From the human T2T-CHM13v2.0 reference genome, Homo sapiens: a stretch of DNA of 64,000 nucleotides. The notes under the pieces are model-generated. The model was not told the origin of the DNA. It saw nothing but the letters and a program-made list of their open reading frames with translations, and did no database searches. The stretch lies in NCBI RefSeq assembly GCF_009914755.1, contig NC_060942.1, one strand, 5' to 3'. Position 1 is the stretch's first letter; every line of letters begins with the position of its first letter. A program made the translations under genes and the position numbers. Below are positions 16,410-30,489 of this stretch, piece after piece.

Positions 16410-16565
16410 CACTCTGGTCATGCTGCAGTCTCTGTCACCACCACCACCAACCACAGTGAGGCAAGCCACTGGGCCATAGGCTCTAGCCTCCAGCAGCCGG
16501 GCACGGAGCAGCTCTTGCTGATGGCTGTCTGCTACCACTCCGACCACGCTGCTGTCTCCATGGCC
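16410..16565 (-). repeat. ACRO1/BAGE-like unit; inverted copy of ~18345-18520
   Basis: GAGGCAAGCCA...CTCTAGCCTCCAGC...GGCACGGAGCAGCTCTTGCTG...CTGTCTCCATGGCC matches the reverse complement of the 18.35-18.52 kb segment. Confidence 0.6.
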
Positions 16566-17864
16566 ATCTTCTTTGACTACAAAAGAATAAAACTAGGTAT
16601 CAATAAGAATAATAATTTTGGAAACCATACAGTCACATGGAAGTTAAATAATACGCTCCTGAATGAATGACTAGTGGGTCAATGAAGATACTAAGATGGA
16701 AATTGAAAAATTTCATGAAACAAATGGTAATGAAGACACAATATACCAAAACTTATGATATGCCAATAACAGTACAAAGGCAGAGATTCATAGCTATAAG
16801 TGCCTACCATCCAAACAGAAGAAAAACTTCAAATAAACAATACATCTTAAAGAACTAGTAAAGTAAGAACAAACTAAACCCAAAATAAGAAAAGAAATAA
16901 TAAAGATCGTAACAGAAATAAAGTTGAAATTAAAAAAATACACAAGATTAAACAAAAAGTTGGTTTTCTGGAAAGCTACACAAAACTGACAAACTTTTAG
17001 CCAGGCTGACTAAGAAAAAAGAGAGAAGATTCAAATAAATAAAATCAAAAAATAATATAGGAGACATTACAACTGATACTTCAGAAATTCAAAGGATCTT
17101 AACTGGCTATTATATGCCAATAAATTAGAAAGCCTAGTAGAAATGCTAGATGCATATAACCTACCTAGGTTGAACAGTGAAAACATCCAAGACCAGAACA
17201 GATCGGTAACAAGTAATGAGATCGAAGCCATCAGAAAAAGTCTCCCAGTAAAGAAAAGCCCAGGAACCAATGGCTTCACTGCTGTTGGCTTCACACCACA
17301 CATTTACAGACCTAGTACCAATCCTACTCAAACTGTTTTGAAAAACAGCAGGGAATATTTCCAAACTTATTCCGTGGGGCCATTATTACCCTCATACCAA
17401 AATCAGACAAAGACATCAAAGAAGGAAACTACAGGCCAGTATCTCTAATATTGATGCAAATATCCTCAACAAAATACCAGCAAATCAAATTCAGCAATAC
17501 ATTAAAAAGATAATTCATCAGGATCAAGTGGGATGTGTCCCTGGGATGCAAGGGTCATTCAACACTCAATGTGATACATCATATCAACCAAATAAACGAC
17601 AAAACAGTATGATTATGTCAACTGAAACTGAAAAAGCATTTGATGAAATTCAGCATTCCTTCATGTTATAAATCCTCAAAAAACCAGGTACAGAAGAAAC
17701 ATACTGCAACATAATAAAAACCACATGAGAGAGACTCATAGCTAGAATCATATGGAATGGGGGAAAATGGAAAGCTTTTCCTCTAAGATCTGGAACATGA
17801 TAAGGATGCCCACTGTCACCACTGTTACTTAACATAGTACTGGAAATCCTAGCTAAAGCAATCA
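16566..17864 (+). mobile_element. Internal L1 ORF2 fragment (end of endonuclease to start of RT), older subfamily
   Basis: ORF 17143 reads [39 protein letters not shown]; also GATCAAGTGGGA and GGATGCCCACTGTCACCACTG. No L1 5' or 3' terminus. Confidence 0.88.
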
Positions 17865-18110
17865 GTGCAGCCCCTGATACGGTCCCCAACCAACCCTGCC
17901 CCCTGCCACCAGCAGTGTAGCCCCCCCCCCCATAGCGCACCCAACACACGCAAACTGCCCCCTCTCCCCGCACCGTGGGCATTGCAGCACCCCATAGCGC
18001 CCTCAACCCGAAACCCCCCCACCCGCACCCCCGAGCAGTGCAGCCCTGGATAGCACCCTTAACCCACCTCACTGCTGCCGGCAATACAGTCTGGGATAGT
18101 GCCCCCAACT
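17862..18110 (+). repeat. ~46-bp GC-rich minisatellite, C-rich orientation
   Basis: About 5 units of CAGTGCAGCCCC..ATAGCGC(A/C)CCCAAC. Confidence 0.85.
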
Positions 18111-18135
18111 AGCAGGCCTAGCGGTTTTCTCTCAT

Positions 18136-18214
18136 CCAATCAGAACATGAAGTCCAGGAACCTGGCTTGCATAACCTCAGTATATAAAACATGCTAAGGG
18201 GGAATTGCGCCATT
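18136..18214 (+). promoter_or_regulatory. Candidate Pol II core promoter: CCAAT box, TATA box, initiator
   Basis: CCAAT at 18136-18140, TTGCATAA at 18167-18174, TATATAAA at 18181-18188, and CCATT with its A at 18212 (31 nt after the first T of TATA). Confidence 0.6.
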
Positions 18215-18289
18215 GCAGGCTGTTGTGCCTCAGCGTTCCCAACCCCTCCGTTCGCACCTTAAAGAAGGCGAAAGCGGAGTCCCCCGCCA

Positions 18290-18540
18290 CACGCTGGGGG
18301 CTGGAGGCTGGATCCTGTGGCACCAGGGCTTGGCTCTGCATAGTGTGTGGCGGCGATGGAGACAGGCGGCTGGCAGCGAGAGCTGCTCCTTGCCTGGATA
18401 CAGGAAGGGAAAGAGGAGGCACCTACCACAGGCTGGAGGCTAGAGTCTGTGGGACTGCGGCTGGCCTCGCTGGCTCGCCTCGCTGCGGTGGGTGGCAGCA
18501 GCGGACACTGCAGCCGGCCAGAGCGTAGAAAGGCGATTGG
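18290..18540 (+). repeat. Two diverged ACRO1/BAGE-like units
   Basis: GCTGGAGGCTGGATCCTGTGG at ~18300 and GCTGGAGGCTAGAGTCTGTGG at ~18432, each followed by GTGGCGGCG/GTGGCAGCAG..GGA(G/C)AC. Confidence 0.55.
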
Positions 18541-19695
18541 GTAGGTGCGCTATCCGGGGCTATACTGCCCGCGGCCGGGGGCCGGTAGGGGGTGTTATTC
18601 CGGGCGTCACTACTTTAGGTGTGCTATGCCGGGCTGCGCTGCCCGCAGCAGCGGTGGGGGCGGGTTGGGGGCACTATCCTGGGCTGTATTGCCAGCAGCA
18701 GTAGGGCTGGTTGGGGGCCCTATTGTGTGCTACACTGCCCGCCACAGGGGACGGGTTAGGGCCGCTACTGTGGTTACACTGCCGGCGGCGCCGGGGTGGG
18801 GGGACTGGTCGGGGTGCTGACTGGGGTGGGGGGTGGTTTGGGGGCTGCACCGCCCGCGGCGGGGGACTTGTTGGGGGCGCTATCTGGGGCTGCAATGCCC
18901 CCCGCAGGGGATAGGTTAGGGGCCTCCGGTGGTACACTGCAGGTGGGGGGGGCGGGAAAGGGGGAGTACAGGGAGGTGATTGGACGGGGTGGTTTCGGGC
19001 GCTATCGCGGGCCGGACTGCTCATGATAGAGGGGGGCGTTGGGTGCTCTATTGGGGGCTACACTGCCAGCGGCAAGGGGCAGTTTGGGGGCGATACCCCA
19101 CCGGTGGCAGGTGGGGAGGTGTGGTGGGTTGTGGGCATCATTAGGGGGCTGTACTGTGGTCAGTGGGAGCGAGTTAGGGGAGCTATCAGCTGCTGCACTG
19201 CCTGTGGCGGGGGTCAGGTTTGGTGCGCTATCGGGACCATATTCTCGGTAGTGGCATACGGGTTAGGGGAGCTGTCGGGGGCTAAGCTGTCCACGGGGGG
19301 CTGCGGGTTGGGTGCGCTATCCAGGGCATCATACCCCGCGGCTGGGGGATGGTTGGGGGTGCTATCCGCTATCTGGGACGGCACTGCCCATCGTGGGGAG
19401 CGGGTTGGGGGCCTTAAGGATCCTTGGCTGCACTATTCACACGGCGGGGATCAGGTTGCAGTGCTTTCTGGGGCGTCACTGCCCGCGGCGGGGGGGTTGG
19501 TTGGGGGTCCAATCCGTGGCTGCATGGCCCACGGCAGGGGGCAGGTTGGGGGAGTTATCTGGTGCTGCAACGTCTGAGGCGGGGACGGGTTGGGGGCGCT
19601 ATTGGGTTTCTACACTGCAGCTGTGAGGGGAGGGTGTTAGGGGCGCTATCCCGGGTCCAACAGCTGGCGGCGGGTTAGGGGCGCTATCAGGGGGT
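18541..19695 (-). repeat. ~46-bp GC-rich minisatellite, G-rich orientation (inverted relative to 16100 and 17862 blocks)
   Basis: Units GGTTGGGGGCGCTATC..GGGCTGCACTGCCCGCGGCGGGG; cores at ~18667, 18713, 18758, 18873 and 18919. Confidence 0.88.
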
Positions 19696-20064
19696 GCCCT
19701 GCAGGTGGCGGCAGAGGTTTCAGCAACACCAGTGGCCTACAAAGAAGGAGCCTTCCTCCTCTCCCCAGACTCCAGACTCTAGAGGGCGACCTCCTCCTGC
19801 TCCTGCTCCTGGAGCGCAGCGAGCGCACAGCGTTTCCGCAGGAATCCTGAGAATGGCAAGGCCCCCATACCCGCGGTGGTTCCCAGGCCCGCCCCCTCTC
19901 GCAGCTGCAGCCCCACCTGCCAGCGCGTGCCACCTCCGAGCGACTTCCGGGACCCGGGCGGCCACCGCGGTGCAGGCGCGCGCCCAACGGCTTTGCGAGG
20001 CTCACTCGGTCTGAGAGGTCGGAGGCTGCGAGTGTCGCTGCTGAAGGCTGTGGTGGACTGGGCT

Positions 20065-20180
20065 GGATCGCGGATTTTGGATTAGATAATAGATTTGGGA
20101 TCGCGGATTGGGGGTTGGATCGCGGATTTGGGGTTGGATCGGGGATTTGGGGTTGGATAGGGGATTTGGGGCTGGGTCGG
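20065..20180 (+). repeat. ~19-bp tandem repeat GGATCGCGGATTTGGGGTT (~6 degenerate copies), probably in the 5' UTR
   Basis: Directly visible repeated units upstream of the ATG at 20265. Confidence 0.85.
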
Positions 20181-20252
20181 CGGGGGCGTGGGGGGAGGTG
20201 AAAAGGTAACAGGGAGCTGCCCCCTCTCAAGAGCCGGTAGTTGGGAGTCTGA

Positions 20253-20468
<216 letters not shown>

Positions 20469-21502
20469 TAGCGGGGGCTCAGCCCGGGGTGGCAGGGGGT
20501 CCCCAGGTCCGGCTTTCTGGCAGCCCCTGGGACGGGGGCCTTGGAGGTCGCCGGGCACCCTCTGAGCGGCGGAGCCAAACGGACCCTCAGCTGTTTTCCA
20601 TCCCTCATAATTCCCTGGCTGGAGCAGTTGGTGGAGAATTTGAGTGATTTAACTCACAAAGTTAAGCATATACGGTGTTGATAATTTTAACGTACACGTT
20701 TAAAACATGGTTTATATACATTATAGGAGGTGCCTAATGAGAGAACTCATTCCCCTATCAAAAATGCCGTGAGTTATTTTCAGTAGGCGAAAAGTTCTCA
20801 GATAAAACTGTCCGTTTTACATCCGTATCCCCCTGTGTAGGTAGGTTCTTTACTGAAGGTTCTTAGAGAGAAACTTGGAAGTGGGAGGTGGGTTCTGTGT
20901 TCTTGAATGGGAAGACACATTTTCCTCAGAATGTGAGCTCTTTCTGTGTTTATCAATTTTACATAGACAGAATGAAAATATCAAGGTTTTAACATTTTTG
21001 TATGACACCTGCTGTCTTTCACTATTGTGATGACATTTAAAAAAATTTCATAATGGAGTGAAAAAACACTTGCTGCTCTAGATATCAAAATGTGCTATTA
21101 ATTTCTACAATTAATTGTTTACTAACAGCTGAAAAGACAAACGCATAGAACAGAATAGGCAACCCAGAAACACTGAAATTATGTAAGATATACGTAAGGA
21201 TTAATGAGTAGGAAAGGATGAATTATTAATGAAAAAATGTCTGCTGTTTGAAGAAAACTAATGAAATTTTATGTCACAAACATGAGTTCCTGACGGAATA
21301 CAGATTGAAATTTTTACATATGAAAATGAGTAAAGTACCGGAAGAAAACACAAACGCTTATTTTACAGGTACACTTTATGTTGACAAAAGCCTTCCTAAG
21401 AATGACCTCATAAGAAGACATTCTGAAGGTTGATTTAGCAAACTAAAAATTAAAACTGCCTGTGTTTCAGAAAAAAAAAATAACAAAAGAGAGCTTACTT
21501 GA

Positions 21503-21927
<425 letters not shown>

Positions 21928-23822
21928 TGATACATATACCATATATATTATTACAGATATAATCTGTTATATATATATCAGTTATATATACACATTAGAT
22001 GAAAAGTTGTATGTATATATACACATTAGATGAAAAGTACATTTTCATTTTACAGGGAATTCTTTCAAATCAAATCATCAAAAACTCTAAAATGGGCAAA
22101 GTACTTTTTTCCAGATCTGCAAGTTATTTGTGTACATAGCAAAAAGTCCTTCGCATTTCTGGTATAAGAATTTAAATTAAAGGAGGAATGAAAGTTTTCT
22201 ATCCACAATATTTGCGAGGACGTTTTGTACTCCTGCTTAAAGTTTAAGTTGCTGATTACTTTTCAAATAGATAATTTGGTGGTAAGTACTACATTTAAAA
22301 AATATGTATGCTCTTTACCCATCAATTCCATTATACTAAAACACCCTTAGGAAATAAAGATACATGCACTTTATTTTTCACAGCACTTATTTTAAAAAGA
22401 ACCCATAGAATGGATCCTATAAATAAATTTCAGTTGCATCCATAGGATGGAATAATATGTGACCATTGAAGGTGGCAATAGATACAGAAGTATATTGATG
22501 TGCGAAGATGTATTTTGTTATAGCTAGTGAGGAAAAAAAATCAATTAAATTATACTTACACACAAACATACTATGGTCTTGTTTTAGCAAAAAATATGTA
22601 CAAAATATAAAATTTGTAATTTCTGAGCATTTGTATTTTAAGTAAAGTTCCTTTTTCTTACCTGTGATTGCTGCAGTGAACATGTACAAAACTTCTAGTA
22701 AAGTTTATTAATAAAGGAATAATCCTCGGGAAGAGAGGAATATGAATCTTACAGTATTAAAAATAATTTCTCACTTTCTATTTTTTATCATTATTGTGTG
22801 TATTGTTATCTTCTTTGAACTTTTAGCCTCTTCAGAAGTAAAAAGGGAATGTTTTTATCTGTTTCCAGATTTTATTATCTATATATTTTATATGTACATA
22901 TGTTTTTCTTATATATTCATTCAATTTATGCAAACAATGATAGATTATTTCATTTTAATTGTATTCTTTAAAAATAAAAATAACATAAATAATTACTATT
23001 GCAAAAATATTGCTTTATAGGAGTTATTTAAAAATATTGAACTCCCCAACTGTATTTATCCATTCTTTCATTCCATTTATTCATCAAACATAACCTGAGT
23101 ACCTGTTATGTAGCAGACATATTCTACTATCTCTCAGGACCCTTCTATCCTTAAAAACTTCATGTTTACCTGCCCTGCCTGCACAAGTTGAGAGATTTAA
23201 AATAGGAATATTGGGACTTAATCTCCTTGAAACTTTGTCTCCCACCTTTCAAACAAAAGCATTTCTGAAGTTAGAAAATAGTAGAAGATAACCTTTAACT
23301 GCCCATTCAAAAGTTTATCAGTCTTAAATACTAATATTAATCATTGGAAAGTCTTATTTGCATATATTCTGTAAGTATAAATATTGAATAAAATGAGCCA
23401 TATGTATTCATTTGAATCATGAGTTTCCTTTGGCTTCAGTTTGTTTGAAAATCAAGGAATTAATTTGTTTAAAAAATGCATTATTGTTATTTCAGTGCTC
23501 TATCCCCATAGTACCTTTAAGAACTAAAATGTATTTACATGCCAGTTGTATGCCTAGAACTGCCCTAGACCTGCTGAGTATACCATATTCTACTTAATGT
23601 AAGGTCTCATGGATTGTGTGATGCCCCGCTATTTTATATATCAATAAGATAATTTTTAAAATGCTACCAATTATAGTTATAATAATATGTGTCATTCCAA
23701 TGTCAGAAGTATTAAAATGTGACCTACTCTTTAAGCCATCCTGCAAAGTAGGTATAATTGTATCTTTTACCTAATTAAAATGTTTTTGTTAAGTAGTAGT
23801 AATAGTAACAATTATAATATCT

Positions 23823-24118
23823 GGCTGGGTGCAGTGGCTCACACCTGTAATCCCAGAATTTTGGGAGGCTGAGGTGAGAGGATTGCTTGATGCCAGGAGT
23901 TTGAGACCATCCTGGGCAACAAAGTGAGATTCTTACTCTACAAAAATTTTTAAATAAATAGCTGGGCATGCTGGTGCACATCTGTAGTCCCAGCTACTCA
24001 GGAGGCTGGGGATGGAAGATCGCTTGAGCCTAGGAGTTCCAGGCTGCATTGAGCTATAGTTACATCATTGCACTCCAGCCTGGGCAAAAGAGTGAGACTT
24101 AGTCTCAAAAAATAAAAA
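23823..24118 (+). mobile_element. AluJ
   Basis: GAGGATTGCTTGA..CCAGGAGTTTGAG and GATCGCTTGAGCCTAGGAGTTCCAGGCTGCA (J diagnostics). Confidence 0.92.
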
Positions 24119-24480
24119 TCTTACAATTATTGAGTTGTTGTAGGAACTATTCTAAATACATAGCTTCTCATTTAAGCATCACGATGGTGTCCTATGAGAT
24201 AGCTACTATTGTCCTCTTTCTTAATGAGGAAGTTGAGACACAGAAAGGCTAAGCAATAGTTGGTAAGTGACAGGGTTTAAAGAAGGAATCAAGCCCTAGT
24301 TGAACTGAATCCAAAGACTGAGCTGTTTCTATTCAAATAGGCTGCTGTTTTCATTAAGGCAGTGAGCAATAAGAGCTAGTAAATATTGTACTTTCTTCAA
24401 AAAAATTAAGTGTTTGTTTTGAAAGCAGAGGAAAAACATGCTATTCAGTTTTTAATTACATGAATGATTGTATGTTTTGA

Positions 24481-24645
<165 letters not shown>

Positions 24646-24792
24646 TAGAGCCAACTCTTTTAGCATGACATGGATTTGATTTGCATATATAGAATTAAAA
24701 TAAATTGATCTCATTTAAATATAACTAGTTGGTGAAACCTGTGGAATGTGTATTTTGAATTCTTGGAATTTACATTCTGTTTCTTGGTCTAA

Positions 24793-24978
<186 letters not shown>

Positions 24979-26140
24979 TAGATCAATCAACTTTCTTTCC
25001 AAAATCTTTGTTTTAACATTGACATAGGTAAGGGTCAATTTTTTATATTTGGAAGCTCAACCATTCCCTGAATGCAAATGCAAATAATTTTGAAATAATT
25101 GTCTAAGATTTTATTTTAAATATTGATACTTTTAAAGGAGCATTAAAGGGTACAGCTTTATAAAACGCACTTTGGAAAATATTTGTGAATTTGTTAAAGG
25201 TAAAACCTTTTCAACTTTTTTTCTATGCAGGGTTATCTTTCCTTTTTTTCCCCGTAATTAGCGTAAAACAACACAGGAAAGAAAATATGCCCTGGAAATA
25301 GGCTTTATCTTAAAACTCAAACAAAACTAAAGCAACTTACAATAAGTGGACATGTTGCTGCTGCTGATAATTTTCTGAAAAACTGATGTATCATCTCTCA
25401 GTGGCACAAGGCTTAAGAGGGAAAAATGGGAAGGGAAAAGGAGAGCAATCAGAAATATGCAGGTCACTTGGAAATTAGGTAATGAGGGAAAATGCTATGA
25501 AGAGTTTTTTTTTTCTCTTAGTTTGTTGTTGTTCCAGTTTATGTGTTGAGACAAGGCGCTCCTTAGCTTTGGGTCTAATAATTTTTTGTTTGAAAATGAG
25601 AGTGAGTTGAAACTCGCCTAGAGATGAATTTTAGGAAGACTTTGAGGAAACCAGATTGGCAGTGAATATGTGGTGGTGAAGTGAGAAACCCTTCAGCAGA
25701 AGGTGGAACAAATTATTAACTGACTTATTGCCCATCCTGGCAGAAACAGCCACTTAGATAAGAGTCTAAAGACTCCTCTCAAACCTAGAATGTCTTGGTG
25801 GGAAGGTGGGAGATAAGGAGCTTGTAAATAGCAAAATCAAGTGGGATTTTGAGTTTACTTGTTTGTGTTCTACCCATACCCAGGAAACTTAACTGGAGCT
25901 TTAATAAATGACACTATCTCTTACTCTTTTCTCTTTTTGGCCACATGTCCAACTGATAAAGGGAACTAGCCATGCGGGTGAGAGATGAGACTGAAGTGAT
26001 TGCTGCACTAATTCTCAGAATTGTGCATTACAGTGACCTGAGGACATTTTGTTAAAAATCTACAAATGTAGGCTTTCCCCTGAGGATTTTGATGTAATAG
26101 ACCTTATAAGGCCTGAACATTTTTAAAAACATTTTCTTGA

Positions 26141-26277
26141 AGCTGGGCACAGTGACATGTTCCTGTAGTCCCAGGTTGAGCCTGAGTTTAAGTTCAGCTT
26201 GAGCAACATAGTGAGACTCTTGCCTCTAACAACAATAACACCAAAAAAAACAAAAAACAAAAAACAAAAAAAAAAAC
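26141..26277 (+). mobile_element. Alu monomer (FLAM-like), internally deleted
   Basis: GCTGGGCACAGTG..CCTGTAGTCCCAG..GCAACATAGTGAGACTC plus an A-rich tail. Confidence 0.75.
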
Positions 26278-28877
26278 TCTCAAGTTTCGGATACACTCCT
26301 GATTAAGAACCCCAGAACAGATAAGTGCAACATATAATTTCTGTATCTCAAAAACGTAAGAAATCTCTAGAAGAATTGGCGTTTGATAGGTGCTACTTCC
26401 TTCGAAGTTCTCCTTTTCAGTAATATTAGCCTGACTTATCTGTCTTTCTCTACATCAGTGACTAGGAAGTGAAAGGAAATATTACTGGTAATATCTCTCA
26501 GCTTACAGAATAACACCTTTCCTTCCCAACATTAATCATTCACTGACATTCAGAGAGTTTTTAGAAATTTGCTTATGGGTAATCTTTCAATAAGTAGAGG
26601 CTGACCCTTTCATGATTTGATGTCCCTTTGTCACCATGCACGTGATTACGTGTCAACAAATGTTCATTACAAGTTGGGCTTTCTCAATTAGAATAGTAGC
26701 AAATCCTGAACTATTTTTTTTAGTTGAAGTTGTATTATGAACTAGCTCAGTATGTTTGTTAAGTTTATAGAGCTTTAGCATAACCAAAATGTCAGTTTTA
26801 AACACTGAAGTCCATGGAGTTAATAAAAATACAGATATGAATTCTTTTAATAATTTAGTTTTAGCAGTCCTATGAACCAATTATCTATTTGGTTAACAAT
26901 CTGGGAAAATTATATACAAATATATTTTAAATGAATAAATGTTGGAAAAATTCTTGAAGCAGGTATTATGAGTCTTTTTAAGCAATTTTTATTATATATG
27001 AGAGCCTGAGTTTTTGGTAAAACATACGATACTAGAGAAAGAAAATATTTTACATGCAAATACTTGGATTATACACAACCATTTAGTAACACATTAATAG
27101 CGAATATAAAAACACAAGGGCTCTATTCTAATGTGGTACACAGATTTGTTTGTTTGCCTCTATAAGTTGAATCAACATGTAAAATTTAGAAGACTGGTGT
27201 AGAAATCTGGACTTCAGGCTTATTCTAAAAAATCAAATCTGGTGTCCCCTGAGTTTCTATCACTCTTTGGTCTGTTGTGCAGAGGTTGCCCCTTTAGAGA
27301 AGGCGTGTATTCTCCAGTTTGCTGCTGTGCCCACCTTAGTACTTCCTTTACTCAGGCAACCTTCCTTTGTGCTTGTAAGTATTTGAGTTTACAACTCCTA
27401 TCTTATAGTATATTTTGATAAAGATTTCAAGGTTTTTAAGTCAGCGTGTATTTGTTATAATATATAGTCTATAGAGTATATAAATCCCTCAGTTATGAAG
27501 TTGAATTTTGGAATTTAGAAGTTTTTGAAACTCTTTTCTTTATATATACCACAAATAATTATCTGCCCCTAAGAATGCCTAGAAGACTTTTTAGGTTATT
27601 CCTGGTTATAGTTGGATAATTTATGAATATTGCAGACATTACATCTTTCTCCTCAGCGCTCTTCCTTAGAAATGCAAGTGACTTACTGGCTTTTATTATG
27701 CCAGAAATAATTCATATGGATCAGTATGAGAACTTTTATTGATAGGCCATTATGTTTTTATTTCTGATTTATATTTTGTCTAAAATAAAAAATAATTTTA
27801 AGTAGCCCTTTAAGTGGAAGCCAATAAAAATGGATTTAAAAAGTAGAGCTGCCCTGGAGTCCTGGGATTACCATTATAATTGAGAATAGTATTTCTTACT
27901 GAGTTTTGGTTTTTTAAATATTTGTTCTTAAGTTTTTTAAACCTATTTCTCTTACACAGAACATACTGAGCTTTCTAACAGTAAAGATAAAAATCTATTC
28001 TCTTGTATTAGGGAAAAAACCCATGGACTATCTAATAATAAGGAAAATAAGTGCATTTGAAGCCAATCTCTCTTAATTCAAAGCTCATTTCCATAGTGAC
28101 CCATTTGGAGCAGGAGTGCCTGACATTGACATCTGGGATCCTGACACCATTGATAGAAGTGAATCAAGCAAGTTTGTGCCACCCAGAAGAAACCTCCACC
28201 TGCATTGGGAAGCTCTGGCGACTGTACCCCTAAAACTCTTAATTCCTCAAATGTTAATGTTTGCCACAAATAGTATTGTCAAATGGGGATTAGGTACAAT
28301 TCAAGAGATTTCTTGATTATTGGACATAACATACAGTTTTATAATACTTCTCAAATGCAGATGGTCATGGAGTCCTTCTCTTGGGGTATAATACTTCTGG
28401 TAAAGCAAATATTCTTTGGAATATAGTTTAAGAAACACTGCTTTAGTGAGAATAATTTAGATCATTAATTTATGTAAAAAACTTAAAATGTTTGCTACTA
28501 TGTCTTAGGGTTTTGGGGGTATAGAGACAAAAGATACAGACCTTGCCTCAAGAAGCTCTTGGTTTCAGTGGGACACAGTGAAATGATTACAATGTACCAT
28601 GCTAAGTGCTGTGATCAAAGCAAGGATTCTTGGGACTGGTAAATGTCTAAAGTGAGTTTTGGCAATGACCACAGTTAATCCGGGGAGACAGAGGAGGATT
28701 GTTTGCAAGGCAAAGAGCAGCACATCAGAAAGCACAGAGTGAGAAGGAAGGGACTGCTTTTCTTTTACTTCCTTTCTATATTGTATGTTGAAGTTCAAAG
28801 CACCTTAGAGAAGATTTTCAGTTCAGTTGAGAAATATGTAATTTTCTGAATTACTAATTTTTTCTGCTGTTTTATAG

Positions 28878-29027
<150 letters not shown>

Positions 29028-29273
29028 TAGAGTGGTAACAGTCACTGAAGTCAGAAATATTAATAAGAAGATTAACGTAATTATTGGCATATAGTGAAAA
29101 ATATCACCATGAATAATCAGATAGATCAGCAAATATTTGGACTGAGTAACATAAAGAACAGTATATAGTAGGATTCATCTTCTCCTAAATATAGAGTGTT
29201 TGTTATTTATAATTGGATGTTTTTGGTACTGTAATCTTGTATTAGCTAAAGGGTTTTGTATTAGCTTTATTAA

Positions 29274-29561
<288 letters not shown>

Positions 29562-30055
29562 AGTTTTATTAATTTTTAAAGTGTGGACTTTTAGTTTATG
29601 ACTACTGGCATTGTCATTATTATTATTGTTGTTGTTGTTGTTGTTGTTGTTTTCAGCCTGCAGATAACTCTTATCTGACCCCTAGCTGATTTGAATTATA
29701 TATCAGACTAGGAAAGCAATGGGGAAATCTTCATCTAAATCTTTACCTACTTTAGATAAGTGACCTCAGCACAGTTTCTTGGCCATCAAAGGACTATGAG
29801 TTAGCAACTTGTATTATGTCATACCCCAGTGGGACAAGAGGCTTCCTTGTTGTCCTTTTCTTTCAGCCTTGGTGATAATTTACAAAGATGAACACTTGAG
29901 CACCCTAGATGCTTATAGACCCAAGCTAGTACATGCAAAATGTTATTATGTCTACACTGACAGGTGGATATTAAATTGGTAAAGTGTATCAAACTAGCTG
30001 TTTAAAAAAGTCTCTATTAAAGTTCTTGAGTGGAGTGATTTCTTTGTTATTTTAG

Positions 30056-30193
30056 AACAGCCCTCATGCTTGCTGTGCACTATGACTCACTGGGTATTGT
30101 CAACATCCTTCTTAAGCAAAGTATTAATGTCTTTACTCAAGACATGTGTGGACGAGATGCAGAAGATTACGCTATTTCTTGCCGTTTGACAAA
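30056..30193 (+). pseudogene. ANKRD20A5P: ANKRD20A exon 5 (first base completes a TGA)
   Basis: ttag/A; TALMLAVHYDSLGIVNILLKQSINVFTQDMCGRDAEDYAISCRLT; donor AA/GTAAGT. Confidence 0.88.
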
Positions 30194-30489
30194 GTAAGTG
30201 TTTATGTTAAAAGGCCAGTTAATATTGAATTGAAGTTTAAAATAATTGCAACTATTCCATCTTATACATTAGGTGAGAGTTCCTAGTTTGGTTCAGATAG
30301 TTTGAAATAGCAATGAGTTAGTCTACCTTTTAGCCAGAAATCAAGCAGAAATCTAGATTAGTTAGAAGTAGAGTGCAAGATATTTTCAGGATTTTTAAGA
30401 CCTTTATCCCTAGGGATCTCAATGTTGTTCATTTTATCCTAAGTATAATCCCCATGCATGGGATAAAAAGAGCCACATTTTTTACTTCT

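Noticed and set aside
18541-19695. CRISPR-like repeat-spacer array
   Set aside because: Degenerate head-to-tail minisatellite without unique spacers, in a primate context.
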